Assembly: GCA_027493955.1 (NCBI GenBank)
Contig: JAOSJT010000001.1
Coordinates: forward strand, 4,138,552 to 4,202,551
Length of the DNA stretch: 64,000 nt
From: Bacteroidia bacterium
GTDB taxonomy: Bacteria; Bacteroidota; Ignavibacteria; SZUA-365
Direction: 5' to 3'
Shown here piece after piece: positions 60,884-64,000 of this stretch; position 1 is the stretch's first letter, and each line of letters starts with the position of its first letter. Both the position numbers and the translations under genes were made by a program. The notes beneath the pieces are model-generated. The model made no database searches and was not told the origin of the DNA. It saw only the letters and a list, made by a program, of their open reading frames with translations.

Positions 60884-61879
60884 ATGGAGAAGTTACGAAT
60901 AAAAAAATGTCAATGGAATGAGGGGCATACACGCTTGTTCCCTCGCTGGTTATTGGGGTGCTTGGTTGCTCTTGCAATATTGTTCAGATGGCAGGAATGT
61001 ACAGCGCAGCTACCGATATATTTCAGCGACCAGGAATGCGGAATAGTTGAATATGCCGACGTTCTGATTAAACCACCGTTGTCGACGTTTATGCCGTTAA
61101 ATGTAATGTACTCCTATATAGTGCTTGACAGCATTTGCAAGGTGGGGACCTTACAGGAAGTGCAGTCGAGACTGAACCTCATGTCAAACGACTCGATTCG
61201 GCTTGCGATGCGGTATTACTACGACGTTCTCGACTACGATCCTATTCTCTTCCACAAATATGCGCTGGCTACGATAGGAGATCCCAACTATACATGCAGT
61301 GTACCCGCGTTCATCAGTACACTATTTGATTTGTACGAAAAATCAGCAAATGCCGGACCGAAGGATAACTTGTTGATCTGGACCTCATATATCTATCATA
61401 TACGCGTACGCTCCCAAATTGCGCGAGAGGATAGTAATAAACATACCAAAATGCGAAAATTCTGTGCCAGAGCGGACGTTCTGAACAAAATAAAAGGAAC
61501 GGTGCTGCCTGATCCAAGTCGTATGGAGGATGGAGGAACTGAGCAGATCACTCTCTGGTGGGGAAGAGAGGTCCCAAGCTGGAACAATGGAATATACATC
61601 GTAGACAGTACTGCATATTACAATGCTCGCGAGGGATTCCTACTTCCGGAACGAGAATATATCGTCTTCGTGTTGGCTGAACCAACATATTTGGAAGGTA
61701 CTGTAAATTCGCAAGGGTACTTACTGAGCGGAACTTATGATTCCAATGAATTGGGAACATGGGTTCTGCCGGTTGTTAATGGGATGGTTATTGACGAATT
61801 TGGATATTTTGGCCTAGGGACAGAAATTGAAATGCAGACCTTCAAAGAGTTTGTAAGGTCATGGAGAGAGCACATTTGA
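60884..61879 (+). CDS. hypothetical secreted protein (no recognisable family), low-GC islet gene 1
   Basis: 331-aa ORF with signal-like N-terminus (..RLFPRWLLGCLVALAILFRWQECTAQ). AT-rich codon usage unlike the rest of the window. Confidence 0.5.
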   Translation: MEKLRIKKCQWNEGHTRLFPRWLLGCLVALAILFRWQECTAQLPIYFSDQECGIVEYADVLIKPPLSTFMPLNVMYSYIVLDSICKVGTLQEVQSRLNLMSNDSIRLAMRYYYDVLDYDPILFHKYALATIGDPNYTCSVPAFISTLFDLYEKSANAGPKDNLLIWTSYIYHIRVRSQIAREDSNKHTKMRKFCARADVLNKIKGTVLPDPSRMEDGGTEQITLWWGREVPSWNNGIYIVDSTAYYNAREGFLLPEREYIVFVLAEPTYLEGTVNSQGYLLSGTYDSNELGTWVLPVVNGMVIDEFGYFGLGTEIEMQTFKEFVRSWREHI

Positions 61880-61925
61880 TGATAATTTCGGTCGCTTGTT
61901 AAAGACATTACCCAACAGAATAAAT

Positions 61926-62132
61926 ATGAAGATACTATTGCTCCTGTTATTTGCACTAGCCAATTGCACACTGATGGAAGTTCACGCGCAGGACGGCTGG
62001 GATTGCTACGGTAAGCATTTTGTTTACTTCAAAAAGACTGGAAATGGAATTGTAGCAAAGTGCTCTTCCAGAGAGACGCCCAATCCAGCCGAGGTGACGC
62101 TTGGAATGCCATTTAGAACCATCTTTGGTTGA
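61926..62132 (+). CDS. small secreted cysteine-containing peptide (hypothetical), islet gene 2
   Basis: Signal peptide MKILLLLLFALANCTLMEVHAQ, then a ~47-aa mature peptide with 3 Cys (DGWDCYGKHFVYFKKTGNGIVAKCSS...). The track ORF starts further upstream at 61896. Confidence 0.4.
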   Translation: MKILLLLLFALANCTLMEVHAQDGWDCYGKHFVYFKKTGNGIVAKCSSRETPNPAEVTLGMPFRTIFG

Positions 62133-62220
62133 AGAGAATAGAGTTGATTGTGAAATATTGTTATTCGAATTTGGAAGTGTCGTAGATTCACGGTTGATCC
62201 AGTTTGTAGCGAGTAGCACC

Positions 62221-63018
62221 ATGAAGAAAACATGTGTCAATCTGTTGTTGGTTCTGGTATTACTTTCCGGCTTGGTCTTTGACGTCGTCGCGCAGGGCGA
62301 TGAGTTTGTCAATTACAAGCGCGCATTCGCGACACGTACAACACTGAAGCAGTCGATAGCGCAGCTCAAATCGCGGGATGGAGAGCGCTTTCATGATGTC
62401 GAGAGAGCGAACTCGTTGGTATTCGCCAAAATCACCCAGGCGGTACGCCCTCTGTCGGACGAAACAAGAGCTGCATTGTCGCTTACGAAGAGCATATACG
62501 GTATGGAGAACTTGCTCGACGTGTCGCGCAACGAAGTGGAGGTCGCCTATGGAGATGCAACACTCTGGATGGCGGTCCTCCGTATCAAAAAGCCGATGAT
62601 GCTCAGAGAGACGCAGCCGGATCGAGGCGTCTACCTCATGCTCAGACCGATAGGAAGGAGAGGGGATACACCGATTTTCGTCATCGAATTTTATTGCACT
62701 ATTGAAAATGTGGGTCTACAGCGCGTGTTGCAGGATGCGGTAGAATGCGCTACGAAACTGAACGACTTCACGGAAAGCGAGGATATCATAGAGGAGATCG
62801 GCAGGCATTGGTCTCATACGGGAGATTGGAACGAAGAAAAACACACCGTGGCCCTTTCGTACATCCGGGGTCTTGCCTGCTGGGACATGGGCGACCACGA
62901 GCGCGCGGAGAAGTATCTTGAAGCGGCGGAGCGATACATCAATTCCCGGCCCGATGATGTTCTCTCCTCCGCGATGACCGTCGGACTGGAAACAATGGGC
63001 AGGACGGCACGGAAGTAG
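62221..63018 (+). CDS. hypothetical secreted protein, islet gene 3
   Basis: Signal peptide MKKTCVNLLLVLVLLSGLVFDVVAQ (the track ORF begins at 62101). 265 aa, no recognisable motifs. Confidence 0.5.
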   Translation: MKKTCVNLLLVLVLLSGLVFDVVAQGDEFVNYKRAFATRTTLKQSIAQLKSRDGERFHDVERANSLVFAKITQAVRPLSDETRAALSLTKSIYGMENLLDVSRNEVEVAYGDATLWMAVLRIKKPMMLRETQPDRGVYLMLRPIGRRGDTPIFVIEFYCTIENVGLQRVLQDAVECATKLNDFTESEDIIEEIGRHWSHTGDWNEEKHTVALSYIRGLACWDMGDHERAEKYLEAAERYINSRPDDVLSSAMTVGLETMGRTARK

Positions 63019-63146
63019 AAGCCGCGCCCGCTCATCCAGGTCCCCAGCCATCACAGAAAATCCTCGTTGATGTTTATCGCCGAGGGCACAGACCCGCTAT
63101 CCGTGCTTTGATCCGGAAAAATGTCTCTTGATTCGCCCTTCATATT

Positions 63147-63371
63147 TCATAAATCCCTCGACCGGCTTTCCCGCACTGCGTTCACAATTTCATCCATGGA
63201 GAGATCGAGGTCCACGCCTTCGATGTCGAAAGGCGACTCGCTCTCCGTCACAGGGATGAGCAGGAATACCTGTCCGTCCCGCCTGCGGATACGTACCCGC
63301 CCTTCCTTTCTTGCGCGGTCCAGTAATTCGGCCAGGTTCTGTCGGGCCTCGGAATAGGTGTATGTTGTCAT
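63147..63371 (-). CDS. Phd/YefM-family type II antitoxin
   Basis: MTTYTYSEARQNLAELLDRARKEGRVRIRRRDGQVFLLIPV is a typical Phd/YefM N-terminal fold signature. 74 aa. Confidence 0.75.
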   Translation of the reverse strand: MTTYTYSEARQNLAELLDRARKEGRVRIRRRDGQVFLLIPVTESESPFDIEGVDLDLSMDEIVNAVRESRSRDL

Positions 63372-63766
63372 GGCAGCAACTCCAGAATTGGGATTCCTAA
63401 TTTCCTCGCCACTAATGATAGAGGTTCGTCAAGCGTAAGAAGTGGGGCATGCCAGGCTGTGGCAGCAGCAAGGACGTACGCGTCGGAAGCATACATTCCG
63501 TTTGCGGATGCGATGTTCAATGACGATTCCAGATCGACGTCGATAAGGCGGATTGGAATTTTCTTAAATTCGTTGACCGCGGCGATGGCGCTGTCGAGCG
63601 ACAAGCGACGTCGTTTCATCATTGCCGAGAACGCGTTGCCGATTTCCCAATGCAGCGATGTTGGGGCGAGCAGCTCAGCGCCCCGTGTCGCCTTCGCAAT
63701 CGCATATTTGTGCGGCTCGTTCGTGACGACGGCGATGACAGCTGATGTATCGACAAGTACTCGCAT
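63368..63766 (-). CDS. PIN-domain toxin (VapC-like)
   Basis: MRVLVDTSAVIAVVTNEP... (acidic D in strand 1), ..YASDAYVLAAATAWHAPLLTLD.. C-terminal PIN motif. 4-nt overlap (ATGA) with the downstream antitoxin gene. The track ORF starts at 63799, but the MRVLVDTS start at 63766 is preferred. Confidence 0.75.
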   Translation of the reverse strand: MRVLVDTSAVIAVVTNEPHKYAIAKATRGAELLAPTSLHWEIGNAFSAMMKRRRLSLDSAIAAVNEFKKIPIRLIDVDLESSLNIASANGMYASDAYVLAAATAWHAPLLTLDEPLSLVARKLGIPILELLP

Positions 63767-63935
63767 GGCGCATCCTTCTTGAACAATTGTACAAGACAAT
63801 GTGAGTATTAAGTTTTAGAAAGTCAATACCATTCTCGTGCCTGTCTCCCCCGTGTTGTTTTTGGCCCGCCGTCTGAACCTTAGCGCAATCTGTGATGTTA
63901 CGATGAATCAACAGAGATCATTCTCAGGAGTAATC

Positions 63936-64000
63936 ATGGCAGTACTGACACAGACGGAAATTGAAAAAAAATTGAGTGAATGTACCGGCTGGTCCATCGC
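63936..64000 (+). CDS. pterin-4a-carbinolamine dehydratase-like (PCD/DCoH), 5' fragment only
   Basis: AGGAG SD, then MAVLTQTEIEKKLSECTGWSI..., resembling the PCD N-terminus (L..EI..L..L.GW). Only 21 codons lie in the window. Confidence 0.35.
   Translation, partial: MAVLTQTEIEKKLSECTGWSI

Overview
High-GC (~63%) bacterial chromosomal segment. Several Type IX secretion (T9SS) C-terminal sorting domains and a Bacteroidota-style arginine operon point to the Bacteroidota/Rhodothermota (FCB) group. Coding content from left to right: a partial lipase-like hydrolase; RNase HIII; a ~2081-aa T9SS surface protein with a BNR-like propeller and about 12 Ig-like repeats; an OmpA-family protein with an apparent frameshift; a porin-CotH kinase-PAP2 phosphatase operon (minus strand); a GH31 alpha-glucosidase; a tightly overlapping arginine biosynthesis operon (GNAT-argG-argC-argD-argF'-argB-argE-argH); a sodium:solute symporter; two divergently transcribed multi-pass membrane PP2C/SpoIIE sensor phosphatases; DUF885; an AmgK-like kinase, a RapZ C-terminal-domain-only ORF and a MurU-like nucleotidyltransferase; a vWA T9SS protein; a hydrolase; rsgA; a four-helix-bundle (PF05635) gene; an HhH/beta-barrel protein; housekeeping genes (maf, TPR, GT9, DUF3108, CPBP, cdsA, pyrG, dnaG); and a low-GC islet of three secreted proteins of unknown function next to a PIN/Phd toxin-antitoxin pair. 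No rRNA, tRNA or CRISPR array was found. The most distinctive non-coding content is a large number of intergenic tandem repeats, many built on 7-bp units. The SSF transporter gene is bracketed by two direct copies of a ~0.4-0.6 kb repeat element. The low-GC four-helix-bundle gene sits between two direct copies of a composite minisatellite (7-bp array + linker + 47-bp array). A 107-bp x4.5 array duplicates the 5' region of the rapZ-CTD/murU operon. A 58-bp x4 array follows dnaG at the edge of the low-GC islet. Many supplied ORFs are antisense or repeat-derived artefacts and were rejected.
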